A stretch of DNA of 64,000 nucleotides from Schmidtea nova (GCA_044892505.1 CM097883.1:166656001-166720000), one strand, 5' to 3'. Counted from the stretch's first letter, positions 25,123 to 39,159 are shown. Notes: generated from the letters alone by a model not told the origin. Translations and numbers: made by a program.

Positions 25123-25338
25123 ATTAATATCAATAATTCCCATAATGGATGACTATAGATCAAAATTTCTTTAAATAAGTACACGATATTTCGGCACAGC
25201 CTTTATCACTTGATAAAGGCTGTGCCGAAATATTGTGTGCTTATTTAAAGAAATTTTGATCTATAGTCATCCATTATGGGAATTATTGATATTAATAATA
25301 AAAAAGATCAAAGGTGAAACAAAAAGATAATTATGATA
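25123..25338. repeat. Palindromic dispersed repeat copy with 11-bp flanking duplication
   Basis: Self-complementary about CCTTTATCACTTGATAAAGG. AATTATTTATC is duplicated at 25112-25122 and 25339-25349. Confidence 0.85.
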
Positions 25339-26302
25339 AATTATTTATCGTAAAGTAAATCACATATTTTTCTGTTTTCAAAATTAAATTTTTAATTAAA
25401 AAAGAGCTTGATTAAATCATGTATTAATTAATTTTTATTATAGTAATTAATTTATTACATGTGTGTGTTTAGGTTGAATTACTGTGATTTTTGTTATCAT
25501 TATTGTTAACGCAGAATTGTTGTTAATCCTGTTATCATAATTATTGTGTGTATTCTGATGGCGAGAGCACAACGTCCCCATTGTTAATAATGTGTTGTTA
25601 TATGCATGTATTATTTGTTTGCGTGTATTATTAATTTTTGTATATTATTAAAATTAGTAATTACGAAATTAAATACAAATAAATAAATTTTAAAAAAATA
25701 ATCGGTATTACAATTACTAAAGTTTAAAAAGCTATAGAAATTGCCAAGCAAAGAAAAATTAAAAAATAACCATAGTAAACAAACAATAGTAGGAGGCTAT
25801 GAGCTATCCGGATCCGTCTGAGTTATCGCGCGTTTTTTGGCGCCATTTTGAATTTATGTTTTGTTTTACTTTTCAGATTTTTTGTTTATTTATTTATTAA
25901 TTATATTATTATTTATTTATTTACTTATATTTATTTATTTATTAATTTTTTTTTAATCAGTAATTTATTTTTTTATATTAATAATTTACTTTTGTCAGTA
26001 TAAATTATTATTATTGTTATTATTTTTGAACACCTTCAATGATAAACGTTCAACGAAAGCACTACTCAAAATATTATAAACATTCAACAAAATTAGACGA
26101 CTATGTACAACATATTAAATTACATGCTCAAATACGATAAATATTAAACTAATTATTTATTACTTATTTTATTACTTGTTTTTATTATTACTAATATTTC
26201 TATGACATAACCATAATTTCTAAAAATTATGACCCAAATTATAAAAACAGACTGAAACTAATCTGTACACTATATAACTAAATAATTAAAAAACAAAGTT
26301 TT

Positions 26303-29170
26303 TCAACAAATTTTATTTAATAAAACTGTTTCCTCTTCAGTTGGATCTTGGAATTGCTGATCTGGATTGATTCTTGGATCGATATGTTGAAATATAACCA
26401 AGTCACCTTCCATAAAATGGCCATATGCCAAGCTTTTACTTTTCGCAACCCATTTCCTTTTGTCATCTTCGTTTGACAGTCTTTTCATTTTTAATAGTAA
26501 AAAGTTTGTGATTTGTACTTGTGATTCTGGTTTGGGGAACAAAAAATATTTGATTATTATTAAAACAGTCCAGGTACGACTGATGCTTTATGTCAGTACC
26601 CGCTAATGTTGCCCCCTTAGCTTTATTAGTTTCCTCGTCACCTAAAAGACCATAACATTTAGGTCTAAGAAACACCCACTCCTCGTATTTAAGCCCTTTA
26701 TTCTCGTCTTTGAACTTGCCAATGACAGAATCAAGGTTGATTCGGATCATAATTAGAAGTGTCAAGCAAGTTATCTCTTATCATGGCCGGTAAAAGAATA
26801 TCAAGCTTACAATTTCTAATCTCAAGAAACAATGAATCGGTGTCACCAGCTACAATGTTGATTTCGCAGTTGAATTCGTTACGATATTTTTGTAACTCTT
26901 CATACTGCAGCTGGTGCATTCTAAGTTTAGATAGATCCAGTACAGTTTGACCAATGTAACTTGGTCTATCCAAACACACCGATTCCTGATTCAGCAACAC
27001 TGCAACCAAATCATCGTCAATTTCGAAAGTCCTTTTAAAAGTTGGCTTAGAAGTATATGTAATCAGCCTAGAAGCCGAATTACATAATCTTAAATTTATG
27101 CGCTTTTTAAGATTCTCTACGGTTTTACCGTAGAGACTATTATTTAATAATTTATAATAATTTTTACCCAGAGCATTACTTGATTCTGCTCTAAGTCTGG
27201 TATTGGTATATATGTAATCCTTAAAAATATATGCTTGTTTAAATTTAATTGCCCTATGGACATGAGTTATTTTTAGTCCAAGAGAAAGAAAAAGTTTGAG
27301 AAGTCTCCAATGAAGAACACAGTTCTTCTTGGGATAATGTGTAAGCATCAACTTCTCAACCTTTGAGTCAGGTGAACACATCTTTTCAGCGGCAACTGGC
27401 AAATCATCCAGCTTGTCGAGAATCGAATCAGGAATTTCTAAATCGACTTCTAATGTAAATCCAAATGTTAATACTTCTAAATCAGCAGATTGACAGTTAT
27501 AAATTATTTTATTTAATTTTTCCCTATCAGTTACCCATTTAAATTCTTTATAAGGTAGTTTTTGGCTTAAATCCCCTCCATATAAATTATTTATATCTAT
27601 ATAAAGAAGCTCAGTGTCGTCGGAAGATACTACATGATGTTTATTAACAAATGTTAACCCACCACGGATCCCCCTTTCGAAAAGATTATAAATCTCCATA
27701 TCTTGAAGCAATTCAATTAGAGATTTTAAAGTCATCAAAGCTGAATTCCATGACATGCCTGGAATTTCCAAGAAATTAAGAGGCTCAAGTCGGTTATGTG
27801 CAATGGATTTTGCCCAAAATTGCTGAAAAAAGTCGGCAAGTAAGAAAACATCCAATTTCAGATATAGCATCATATAATCAAACAATGTTTCACAAAAGAA
27901 TTCATCCCATATATGTTGAGCTTTTTCATACTCGTCAATATTAACTCCCTACCAAATCGGTGGCAACTCGTATGTTTTTTGTAAAACCTCTAAATAAGTT
28001 GAAAAATTATATAGTAATATGCCTTTGGAAGTAATAATAGTCCCTATAAATTCGGATGAAGTAAGAGGAAAATCTGTTAGTCTTTACAGCATCGTTTAAG
28101 CTACAGCTTACAAATTGGCAAGAATCGATAAATTTTATAGTTAAACTATCGACTCTTGCATTTAAAGTCAAAAACTTTTCGCTTGTAGTAGGAATACAAC
28201 TTATATCCCATTTATCGAATTTATTTAAACCATACTTGAGGATATGATGTAAATCATATCCGTGTAAATTATGAAATATTACTGGCATGATGAATCTTAT
28301 TTGCCGAGAAAAATTGCATTTTGAGCAAGCTGCACCCAAGTATTTACCTGTATAATGGTCATGATCTTTAACCGGATTTCTCAAAGGTTTATTACACAAA
28401 TAACAAATTGTAGAACTACGAAATGATCTTATTTGTGAAGAGGAAAGATATTCCATTTTCTTTTTGGAATTATTTACAAAGAATATTTATTGCCAACCCG
28501 GGGTTTTTCGCTTCAAATTTAGGAATATTACATAATTTCATTGGAAAATCAGAAGGATCAAACACAAGGTCTGAAATATTATAATTATAAGACTTACTTC
28601 TATTAGATTTCACATCCTTGTATTTTAAAATTGCCAAAATACTATATATAAGACAAAATTTATCTGTATTCTTTACATTGACAGTGCAATGTTTTGAATT
28701 TAATGATGGTGGGGTTGAACAAGAACCGTGACCACTCAATCTACTTATTTGAGAATATTTTGTAAGTTTAATGCTTATTTCTTTAATTTTATTAATTGAC
28801 CAGTTGCTGCCATTTTCGCAACCTTAGTCATTTTTTCGCTTAATAGAGCAATACCTTCATCTAAAAAGGTATCAATCATTGGCTTTGCGGAATTTGATAT
28901 TATAAAAGATTGTAATTGCTTATTCTTTTCAAATTCTACATCAATGCAAAATTGTACTTTTACATATCCCATTTTGGAAATAACTGAATTAAATTTATTT
29001 AATAAAGGCGAAGGAATAATTAATTAATTTAAATTTAAAGAATTCACATCCATTTTAACAATTGCATGCGATTTTTTCAAATTATATTTAACCAAAGGTT
29101 CAACAGAACCACAATATTGGACAACATGTAAATTAGGAATAACTAAAGCATCGTCATTTGATGAATGGAC
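26303..29170 (-). pseudogene. Protein-primed family B DNA polymerase (Maverick-type), left-arm copy
   Basis: Motifs KDHDHYTG (endonuclease VII-like Zn region), HNLHGYD, FIDS, ERGIRGG, YIDINNLYG, KLLNNSLYGKT, GDTDS, GKFKDE and LRPKCY. Frameshifts and an internal deletion near 28465. Confidence 0.92.
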
Positions 29171-29712
29171 AAGTTTTAGCTATTTAAAATAATTTTCTTG
29201 AGATTTCATTATAATAAAGTGTAGATAAAATTTAATTTCCTATAAAATAGCTTGATTCAAAATTAGGTATATAGATATGTTTGTGATGCACACGTGTTTT
29301 GTAATAAAATACTGGATTTTTTCGGCTATTTAGTATAGATTTATCGAATATGTGTATATATAATATAATTGTCTATCATATACTAATAAAAATTATAAAC
29401 GTTTTTGTGTGTTATTTGACAATTCTAATGTATTTTATCAAAATTAATTAAAATATTTTTTTATAACTGACGTAATTATTGAAATGTAATATAATTTAGA
29501 TGTAATTTACTGAAATATTTAGTCTAATATATTTTAATCATATGACATGCATGCAATTAATTGAAATATTTTATAACTTTGAAGTGTATTATAAATTGTT
29601 GAAATAACTTTTCTAGTTTTTTTAAAATACTGCAACGTAATATATATTTAGTCATAATTCTCTATCATTTTCTTGAACTTGATTTGATGATAATAATACC
29701 TTTACTGCCTCT

Positions 29713-29830
29713 TACTCGATTCTGATTGGATGATAAGAATAAATTTCCTACCCCTTACTAAATTTTTATTGGTCAAAGGTTATCTGTGTGAAATAACTTT
29801 GATATATAAACAATACTTTTTCATTCATTA
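29713..29830 (+). promoter_or_regulatory. Putative Pol II promoter module (two ATTGG boxes, TATATAAA, TCATT Inr-like)
   Basis: TACTCGATTCTGATTGG...TGTGTG.AATA..TT...TATATAAACAATA...TCATTCATT. Closely similar modules at ~22082-22155 and ~49145-49280. Confidence 0.55.
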
Positions 29831-30780
29831 TTCACTTTAACAAATAATAAACATTTAAAGTGAACATTATAACAAGTTTTATGAACGAAAACCCAATTGG
29901 AAAAGAAAATGGTAAATTTATTTTTTAATTTATTATCATTTAGTATTAATTTAGATAATATCAATAATTAAATTGGGAAATCGATGTTAGAAAATGCGGG
30001 AAAAAATGGTACTTAATCATTAAGTTAGTAAATTATTTAACTTTTACTTTAGGTGATGTAAATATGACTGAACAAACTACCGTACAAGCTGAGATTGTTA
30101 ATAATGAGAATATTATGAATAATGGAGTTATCCTTGATGTGGTATTGAATGTTTAATGTAAGTATTGATTAATTTTAATTAATTTAATTATATTTTGATA
30201 ATTATTTTAATCAATTTAGTAAATAACTTTAGTAAAATATTTGTAAATATATATTTTTGGTAATATTTAGTAATAATTTAAATAATCTTTACTTTACGTA
30301 AACAGTTAATTTAAACAAATTCCTTTAATAGGAATTTGTAGTAAGTTTTATATTAAATTTAAATTATTTTAGTAATTATTATATTTAAATCATATTTATC
30401 TTAAATTTCATATTTATTTTCTAATAATTTATATTTTTATTAATTTATTTTAATGATTTTTTGATAAATTTAAAGATATTTCATATTAAGGTAAATTTTA
30501 TCCGAATTATTGTAATTCAACAAATCATAACGACTGTCACAAGTTAATGGAGCAATACTATCGTTTTATAAATAACCAAGTCACCTTCTATTTATGTCCC
30601 ACATGTAAGAGCGCCCAACATAACACATACATTGATTTTTATTTCCAACATTATTTCCATTTAAATTAATTCTCATGCACTAAGAAAAGTCTTTTCGCAT
30701 TAATAATTAAAAGTAAACGATGCAATGTTACTGTTTGTCCTAAACCATCAAAAAGAATTGTATTATCCGATGATGAAGAT

Positions 30781-33700
30781 GTCCATTCATCAAATGACGA
30801 TGTTTTAGTTATTCCTAATTTACATGTTGTCCAATATTGTGGTTCTGTTGAACCTTTGGTTAAATATAATTTGAAAAAATCGCATGCAATTGTTAAAATG
30901 GATGTGAATTCTTTAAATTTAAATTAATTAATTATTCCTTCGCCTTTATTAAATAAATTTAATTCAGTTATTTCCAAAATGGGATATGTAAAAGTACAAT
31001 TTTGCATTGATGTAGAATTTGAAATGAATAAGCAATTACAATCTTTTATAATATCAAATTCCGCAAAGCCAATGATTGATACCTTTTTAGATGAGGGTAT
31101 TGCTCTATTAAGCGAAAAAATGACTAAGGTTGCGAAAATGGCAGCAACTGGTCAATTAATAAAATTAAAGAAATAAGCATTAAACTTACAAAATATTCGC
31201 AAATAAGTAGATTGAGTGGTCACGGTTCTTGTTCAAACCCACCATCATTAAATTCAAAACATTGCACTGTCAATGTAAAGAATACAGATAAATTTTGTCT
31301 TATATATAGTATTTTGGCAATTTTAAAATACAAGGATGTGAAATCTAATAGAAGTAAGTCTTATAATTATAATATTTCAGACCTTGTGTTTGATCCTTCT
31401 GATTTCTTAATGAAATTATGAAATATCCCCAAATTTGAAGCAAAAAACCCTGGACTGGCTATAAATATCCTTTCATATGTCGAGTATGATCTAAATAATA
31501 TTAATGAGGAGGAGGTAGTCATGAAACATCCATTTGTAGATATTATTCATAGGTCAAAGGTTGTAGGTGGCACTCCAATTAATTTGATTTTTTTAGAGGA
31601 AAATGACTCTTTTCATTATATTGCAGTTACCAATATTAATAGACTTTTGAATTGTGGCACTCTTTCTGTTACTGATGTTCAAATAAGGCTCACTTGGTGC
31701 GAGCGTTGCTTGAATGGTTTTAGATTGACTGAAGCTTTTGAAAAACATCAGGCTTTATGCACAAAAAACCAGTTAGGTACAACTTTGTACACTTTAATTT
31801 CAGATAAGAACTTGGAATTTAAAGATTGGTCGAAAATTGTTACCCCTCCTTTCGTTGTATATGCCGATTTTGAGGCTGTTTTACCGAAGGACAATAAGTA
31901 TTTTCAACGTCACTTGCCTATTTCTGCTGGCTTGTTGCTTATTAATAACTTTACTGGCGAAAAATCTTATAACAGCTTTTATGGTGTTAACTGTGTAGAA
32001 GAGTTTTTGACTGAAATCAATGATATAGGAGAAAAAGTAATTTTGCCTTACTTTATAAATAATTCCAAAAAGAAAATGGAATATCTTTCCCCTGCACAAA
32101 TAAGATCATTTCGTAGTTCTACAATTTGTTATTTGTGTAATAAACCTTTGAGAAATCCGGTTAAAGATCATGACCATTATACAGGTAAATACTTGGGTGC
32201 AGCTTGCTCAAAATGCAATTTTTCTCGGCAAATAAGATTCATCATGCCAGTAATATTTCATAATTTACACGGATATGATTTACATCATATCCTCAAGTAT
32301 GGTTTAAATAAATTCGATAAATGGGATATAAGTTGTATTCCTACTACAAGCGAAAAGTTTTTGACTTTAAATGCAAGAGTCGATAGTTTAACTATAAAAT
32401 TTATCGATTCTTGCCAATTTGTAAGCTGTAGCTTAAACGATGCTGTAAAGACTAACAGATTTTCCTCTTACTTCATCCGAATTTATAGGGACTATTATTA
32501 CTTCCAAAGGCATATTCTCATATAATTTTGCAACTTCTTTAGAGGTTTTACAAAATACATACGAGTTGCCACCGATTTGGTAGGGAGATAATATTGACGA
32601 GTATGAAAAAGCTCAACATATATGGGATGAATTCTTTTGTGAAACATTGTTTGATTATATGATGCTATATCTGAAATTGGATGTTTTCTTACTTGCTGAT
32701 TTTTTTTCAGCAATTTTGGGCAAAATCCATTGCACATAACCGACTTGAGCCTCTTAATTTCTTGGGAATTCCCGGTATGTCATGGAATTTAGCTTTGATA
32801 ACTTTGAAATCTCCAATTGAATTACTTCAAGATATGGAGATGTATAATCTTTTCGAAAGGGGGATCCGTGGTGGGTTAACATTTGTTAATAAACATCATA
32901 TAGTATCTTCCGATGACACTGAGCTTCTTTATATAGATATAAATAATTTATATGGAGGGGATTTAAGCCAAAAACTACCTTATAAAGAATTTAAATGGGT
33001 AACTGATAGGGAAAAATTAAATAAAATAATTTATAACTGTCAATCTGCTGATTTAGAAGTATTAACATTTGGATTTACATTAGAAGTCGATTTAGAAATT
33101 CCTGATTCGATTCTCGACAAGCTGGATGATTTGCCAGTTGCCGCTGAAAAGATGTGTTCACCTGACTCAAAGGTTGAGAAGTTGATGCTTACACATTATC
33201 CCAAGAAGAACTGTGTTCTTCATTGGAGACTTCTCAAACTTTTTCTTTCTCTTGGACTAAAAATAACTCATGTCCATAGGGCAATTAAATTTAAACAAGC
33301 ATGTATTTTTAAGGATTACATAGATACCAATACAAGACTTAGAGCAGAATCAAGTAATGCTCTGGGTATAAATTATTATAAATTATTAAATAATAGTCTC
33401 TACGGTAAAACCGTAGAGAATCTTAAAAAGCGCATAAATTTAAGATTATGTAATTCGGCTTCTAGGCTGATTACATATACTTCTAAGCCAACTTTTAAAA
33501 GGACTTTCGAAATTGACGATGATTTGGTTGCAGTGTTGCTGAATCAGGAATCGGTGTGTTTGGATAGACCAAGTTACATTGGTCAAACTGTACTGGATCT
33601 ATCTAAACTTAGAATTCACCAGCTGCAGTATGAAGAGTTACAAAAATATCGTAACGAATTCAACTGCGAAATCAACATTGTAGCTGGTGACACCGATTCA

Positions 33701-34045
33701 TTGTTTCTTGAGATTAGAAATTGTAAGCTTGATATTCTTTTACCGGCCATGATAAGAGATAACTTGCTTGACACTTCTAATTATGATCCGAATCACCCAT
33801 TATATAGTAGGAACCTTGATTCTGTCATTGGCAAGTTCAAAGACGAGAATAAAGGGCTTAAATACGAGGAGTGGGTGTTTCTTAGACCTAAATGTTATGG
33901 TCTTTTAGGTGACGAGGAAACTAATAAAGCTAAGGGGCAACATTAGCGGGTACTGACATAAAGCATCAGTCGTACCTGGACTGTTTTAATAATAATCAAA
34001 TATTTTTTGTTCCCCAAACCAGAATCACAAGTACAAATCACCAAC
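30781..34045 (+). pseudogene. Protein-primed family B DNA polymerase (Maverick-type), right-arm copy
   Basis: Same motif series as the left arm, split across ORFs 30979, 31212, 31521 and 32681. Keeps a ~580-bp segment that is deleted in the left arm. Confidence 0.92.
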
Positions 34046-34900
34046 TTTTTAATATGAATAATAAATTATACTAACAAAAGTAAATTAATAATATTTTTAA
34101 AAAACACTAATTAAAAAAAATTAAATAATAAAAAATAATAAATTTATTAATTAATAAAAAAAAATAATAAAAAATTCCAAACATTTTAACAAAACACACT
34201 TTAAAATTGGCGCCAAAAACGCGCGATAACTCATACGGATCCAGACCTGACACTGTCTCCTACTAACAATCAAAGGTGAATATGAGAACAATTAAATAAC
34301 TAATGAAGGAAAATAAATTTTATAATTTAATTTAATATATAATTATTAATATAATAATTAATAATAATAATTAATAATATAATTTAATTCCAAGTTTCTC
34401 ATTATTATTACGTATTTTTGCATTCTTTGTCTTCATTTCTATATTTTTCATTAAGTCTTGTTTATTTGTCTCGCTGTTACTGTATCATTTTGATTTATTA
34501 ATTATTATGCAAATATTATATGATTTCTAAAGGTGAAAGTTCAATCTTTTTGTTTCAATTGTTGCGCATTATATTTCTAGTAACATCTCAGTTTAACTAT
34601 TTCTACTTCAATCTTCTAGTAATGTGGTAATAAAATTCTAGTTCGATTCCCAAGGGCTCTGTCAATTCTTTCATACTATTTGCCTAAAAGTTCAATTTTG
34701 CATTTGCCTTTCATATTAGCACTACTATAAAAACTTTGATCTTTGGAAAATCTAAACTTGACTATGGCTGCGCGTGATATAAATAAATAACTAACTAATG
34801 ATATGCATTTAAAATTGCATTATATTCTTAAACACAACGTTTTTCAAATTCTATTTTTACCACATTTTCATCATATTAAAACAACATTAATTGTTTAATA

Positions 34901-37684
34901 TTACATTCTTCCTACATCCCCACCAGATTCATCTGAATCTTTAACAACTCTTTTTCTAATATCGCCCACGTGTCGTGGCATATCGTATCCATTACATCTG
35001 ACTAAAAATTTTGTATTTGATAATGGTTTGATGATAAGACCATCTTTCCATCTTTCTGTGAATTTTTGGTTCATATTCGGTTTTATCCATACAGGGTCAC
35101 CAGCAGAATATTTTGCTTCGACTAATATCTCTTTTTTATTGTAACTTGGCAAATTCAGCTTTGGATTATATCTAAATATAGCTCTAGATGGACAAATATT
35201 ATTGTTGTTTGGTGTATTGTTGAACCAGTACACAGCTTCTGCGATTGATCCTGAGGACCTAGCTGCTAGCGATTTGATTGTCCGATGGCTGCGTTCAATG
35301 ATCCCGTTTCCCCCTGGACGGTTCACTGTTCTAAATACCAACTCAATATTCCATTTATCTGCTAATTCTTGAAATTTTCTAGATCTAAAAGATAAGTAAT
35401 TATCTAACAATATTTCACTTGGAGCTCCTCTTTCATATAACACTTCATTTAAAGCATTACATATCTCTTCTACATTTTCATACTTAATTTTCTTCCAGAT
35501 TGCATATCTCGATGGTCCACAATCAATGATTGTCAAATACTTATCTTTAGCAAATTTAGCTACATCAATTTCTAAACGGCACCAATTTTCATCACAGCTT
35601 AGTTCACCTTTTTACCACGTTACTGGCGCTGGGTCAATTGATAAGCATTGATTACAACTTGCAATTATTTCTGAGATCTCATTATCCACATTCAGTAGCC
35701 CCGCTTCCGATGCTAAGAATCGCATACGATTTTTCCCTACATGGCAATTCTTGTGAATCTCTAATAACACATCTTTTGAGCTTTTTTGATTGCCTAGAGC
35801 TGCGACTTCTTTTTTAATAATCATCCAGTTGGCTGGTACTCTCGTTAATACATCAGCCTTGTTATTTTTTGTAGATACAAACTCAATGTCCATTTTAAGT
35901 TCATACTCAGTCGCTAAATCTTTTAAAAGCTGCAGCCTTCGTCGTATTAACAACTCTGAATTTGCTTTTGTATGTATTTTTCTGTCGCTTGATAATATGC
36001 TGTTAACCCAACATACAACTGATTTACTATCGGATTTAATTTTGATGTACTTTAACTTCCATTTAATACATAAATTAATACCCTTCACAATCGCTTCTAA
36101 TTCCACCAAATTAATGTGTCTTGAATCATCAGGTTTTCGCAACCAACACGCATCTTCAACCACTGAACCTTCCATTTCTAATACAATTCCAATGGCGATC
36201 GAACTTGCATCACACCAAATTATGCCTGTCTGGTTGCTGGGAACACTCCAAATACCTGACGATGGATCTCTTTCATTCACTCTTTCTAATAACCATTTTA
36301 CTTTGTCAACGATATGATTTTCTATTGAATCATCCCAATTTCCACTGGATAGCCTCTTGATATATGAGCAAGCTGGCCGCAACCATCCAGACACAGGATA
36401 AATTCCAACTAACTGGCCACATAACGAATACAGCTCTCTTCTTGAAAGCCCTTCATTCAATTCATTCATTCGAATATCGTTCGATCTTTTCCAATGTAGT
36501 TCATTATTCTTTCGAAATACATCAATACCTAATACTCTTATACTGAGAGTACCCTTGACCTTTTCTTCTTCTTTACATATCAAACCAAATTTACGCATTT
36601 CTGCACTTACTTTACTTGCTTTGACTTTAGATTCATCTACGAATATATCGTCTATGTATGAACTCGTGCTATTCTTGATTGATTCATTGTTGTTCAATAC
36701 TTTATTCACAATCTCTGTCATTATCGTTGGCGCGATATTCAATCCAAATCCCATTCTCGTAAGCGCATATCTCTTCCCGTTAACCATACAAGATTGATAT
36801 CGCCACATACTTTTATCCACGCGTATTTGCATATATGCATCAGATAAATCTAACATTGCAAATTCTTTACTTAAACATCTCCATGATCGTAATTTTTCAG
36901 AACAGATATCTGCATTCCCACTATATACATCAATATATTTATTGATACTCCTAAAGTCAAATACTGGACCCACTTTCGCTTTATTTAACTGAATTATACC
37001 ATAAATAGGTACTGATCCGATCGGTTTGCCCATTGTTTTCTCGTCATAATCAACTAGATAGCTGTTAGATATCCAAGATTTCAAGATACGCCTCGTCTCC
37101 TGATCCTTACTACAATTATCATAAAAGTTTGAATTTCTATTAGGTAGAAATTTCGGTGGCTCTGACTTCCAATCCCATTTGACAATCCATTTCTCGTTTT
37201 CAAATTTCGCAGAGAAATTTTCCTTCAATATTTCTGACATGCTGCTACTAGAGCACGCTACGTGACAAAGTGCTTCTTCACAACCGAATATGGCTTCTTT
37301 ATTCAATCGAACTCCACCAAACCTATTAATAGCATTAACTCCTAAAATTACATCATAATTGGATACCAGTTTCGGGTATATTAAACAATCAATATTAAAT
37401 AACGTATCTCCAACCCATATATCAACTTTACTTCGCTCAGCGTATATGATTGAACCATCAAGCATCGCTACCGCAGTCATAGATTTTCGTGGATTTCCTT
37501 TTACTATAGTGATAGTGCTGCCCGAATCAACTAAACATGCTTTTACATTACCATTAACTTTTAGGAGTCTCACATATTCACAATTCTTGGGGCAACACCC
37601 GACTCCACATTGTGTGTAGCCCCTTGATCTTTTCCCGACTTGCAAAACCTTGAAATATGTCCCATAATACCGCATTTTGCACAT
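34901..37684 (-). pseudogene. pol: Pol (PR-RT-RH-IN) with premature stop
   Basis: ORFs 35612-37684 and 34901-35536 are in the same frame, separated by TAA at 35612-35614 (W*KGELSCDENW...). Confidence 0.9.
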
Positions 37685-38148
37685 ATGATGTTACGTCTTT
37701 CTGGACAGTATCTTACCACATGATTAGCACTATTGCATATATAGCATTTTCGATTGGCTTGTCTTCCATTATCTGATCTTGGTACTACTACTGCAACCGT
37801 TTCATTGTCATAAATTTGATGACTTGCAATTTTCTTTGCTTGAGAGACTAACTCATTCATTGTTGACGCTGTTGACATCTTTAGTTGATTTGCCAAATCA
37901 CTTGGTAAGCTATTTACAAAAAATCGGGTTAATAGATCACCTGAACATTCCAACAGTGACCTTAATTCATTTACATGGACATCCATGTTATCACCCATTA
38001 ATAACTTTTTCTGTAAAAGTTTCGTAAAAGCTTCTTGCTCGCTCATACCGAAGGTTTTCAATAATTCCTTCTTCAGCATACCAAACTCCATTGTCGTATT
38101 GCTTTTCTTTAACTGTTTGAAAACTGCATAAGATTGCCCTTCAAGTAA
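37570..38148 (-). pseudogene. gag: Gag, 5'-truncated
   Basis: Knuckles CYICNSANHVVRYC and CAKCGIMGHISRFC. The frame continues upstream of the ORF call (FLLEGQSYAVFKQL). Possible -1 slippery site G GGA AAA at 37630-37636. Confidence 0.85.
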
Positions 38149-38149
38149 A

Positions 38150-38255
38150 AAATTTTTTTATAAACAATAACACAATATTTCGGCACAGCCTTTATACTTT
38201 TGTTTATAAAAAAAATTTTGATCTATAGTCATTATGAGAATTATTGATAATATAT

Positions 38256-38328
<73 letters not shown>

Positions 38329-38523
38329 CAATAACTCTCATAATGACTATAGATCAAAATTTTTTTTATAAACAATAACACAATATTTCGGCACAGCCTT
38401 TATACACAAAGGCTGTGCCGAAATATTGTGTTATTGTTTATAAAAAAATTTTTTATCTATAGTCATTATGAGAATTATTGATAATAATAATAAAAAAAGA
38501 TCAAAGGTGAAAAAAGATAATTA

Positions 38524-38589
<66 letters not shown>

Positions 38590-38665
38590 TAATTATCTTT
38601 TTTCACCTTTGATCTTTTTTTATTATTATTATCAATATTTCTCATAATGACTATAGATCAAAATT
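38150..38665. repeat. Cluster of palindromic repeat copies interleaved with (TA)n
   Basis: Three or four partial copies in both orientations, with TA runs at ~38251-38324 and 38527-38587. Confidence 0.85.
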
Positions 38666-38922
38666 TAGATCAAAATAATATATATATTTCGGATTTTTTA
38701 CCTTGTTCTTTTCATGGGGATCTTTTTTCTGGGGACCACCAATTAATTTTTTAATATTATATTTGGGGTTACCCTCTCATCTTGGATCCGTTCATACAGT
38801 TTCACCCAAAAAATATTGATTTTTAATTTTTTAAATATGTTAATGACTTTTTGAACTTTATTTGTAAAACTTTGAATTTATTATACTATTGATCTGCACT
38901 CAAGTAGGCAGTTATGTGGAGC

Positions 38923-39100
38923 ATGAGTCATCGCCGAACAAAGGAAATGACGTCACCCCCCGGGGGAGGGAGAGAATTTTTTTATGACTCATCGATGACA
39001 TCATCGATGACTCATCGGTATGACTCATCGGTATGACTCATCGATGACGTCATCGATGACTCATTTCAAATTTGAATTTTATGACGTCATCGATGACTCA
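38923..39100. promoter_or_regulatory. Terminal array of AP-1 (TGASTCA) and CRE (TGACGTCA) motifs, left arm
   Basis: 7 TGA(C/G)TCA and 3 TGACGTCA in ~180 bp. The right arm (52858-53000) has 6 and 2. Confidence 0.6.
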
Positions 39101-39159
39101 TTTCAAATTCAAATTTTAAATTTGAATTTCCAAAGGTCAAATAAGGTCAAACCTTCAAA

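Larger units (their letters stand above)
25788..34264. mobile_element. 8.5-kb fold-back Maverick/Polinton derivative with inverted pPolB duplication
   Basis: Ends AGTAGGAG...CTCCTACT. Subterminal IR GGATCCGT.TGAGTTATCGCGCGTTTTTGGCGCCA. Perfect 6-bp TSD AACAAT (25782-25787, 34265-34270). Arms end at 29170 and restart at 30781. Confidence 0.9.
34901..38148 (-). mobile_element. Second Ty3/Gypsy element, 5'-truncated
   Basis: Gag with two CCHC knuckles, then PR (LVDSG), RT (YIDD), RNase H (CDAS) and integrase (IIDCGPSR...LLDN...IERSH). PPT-like GGTGGGGA precedes TGT at 34916 (likely 3' LTR start). The 5' part is replaced by the palindromic repeat. Confidence 0.9.

Noticed and set aside
34270-34900. 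Exact 3' LTR end of the second Gypsy
   Set aside because: No 5' LTR or TSD is available for comparison, so the boundary cannot be supported.
35790-36317. Antisense ORFs over Gypsy, pPolB and hAT coding regions (e.g. 35790-36317, 15195-15500, 57330-57635)
   Set aside because: Shadow ORFs of real coding strands with no motifs.
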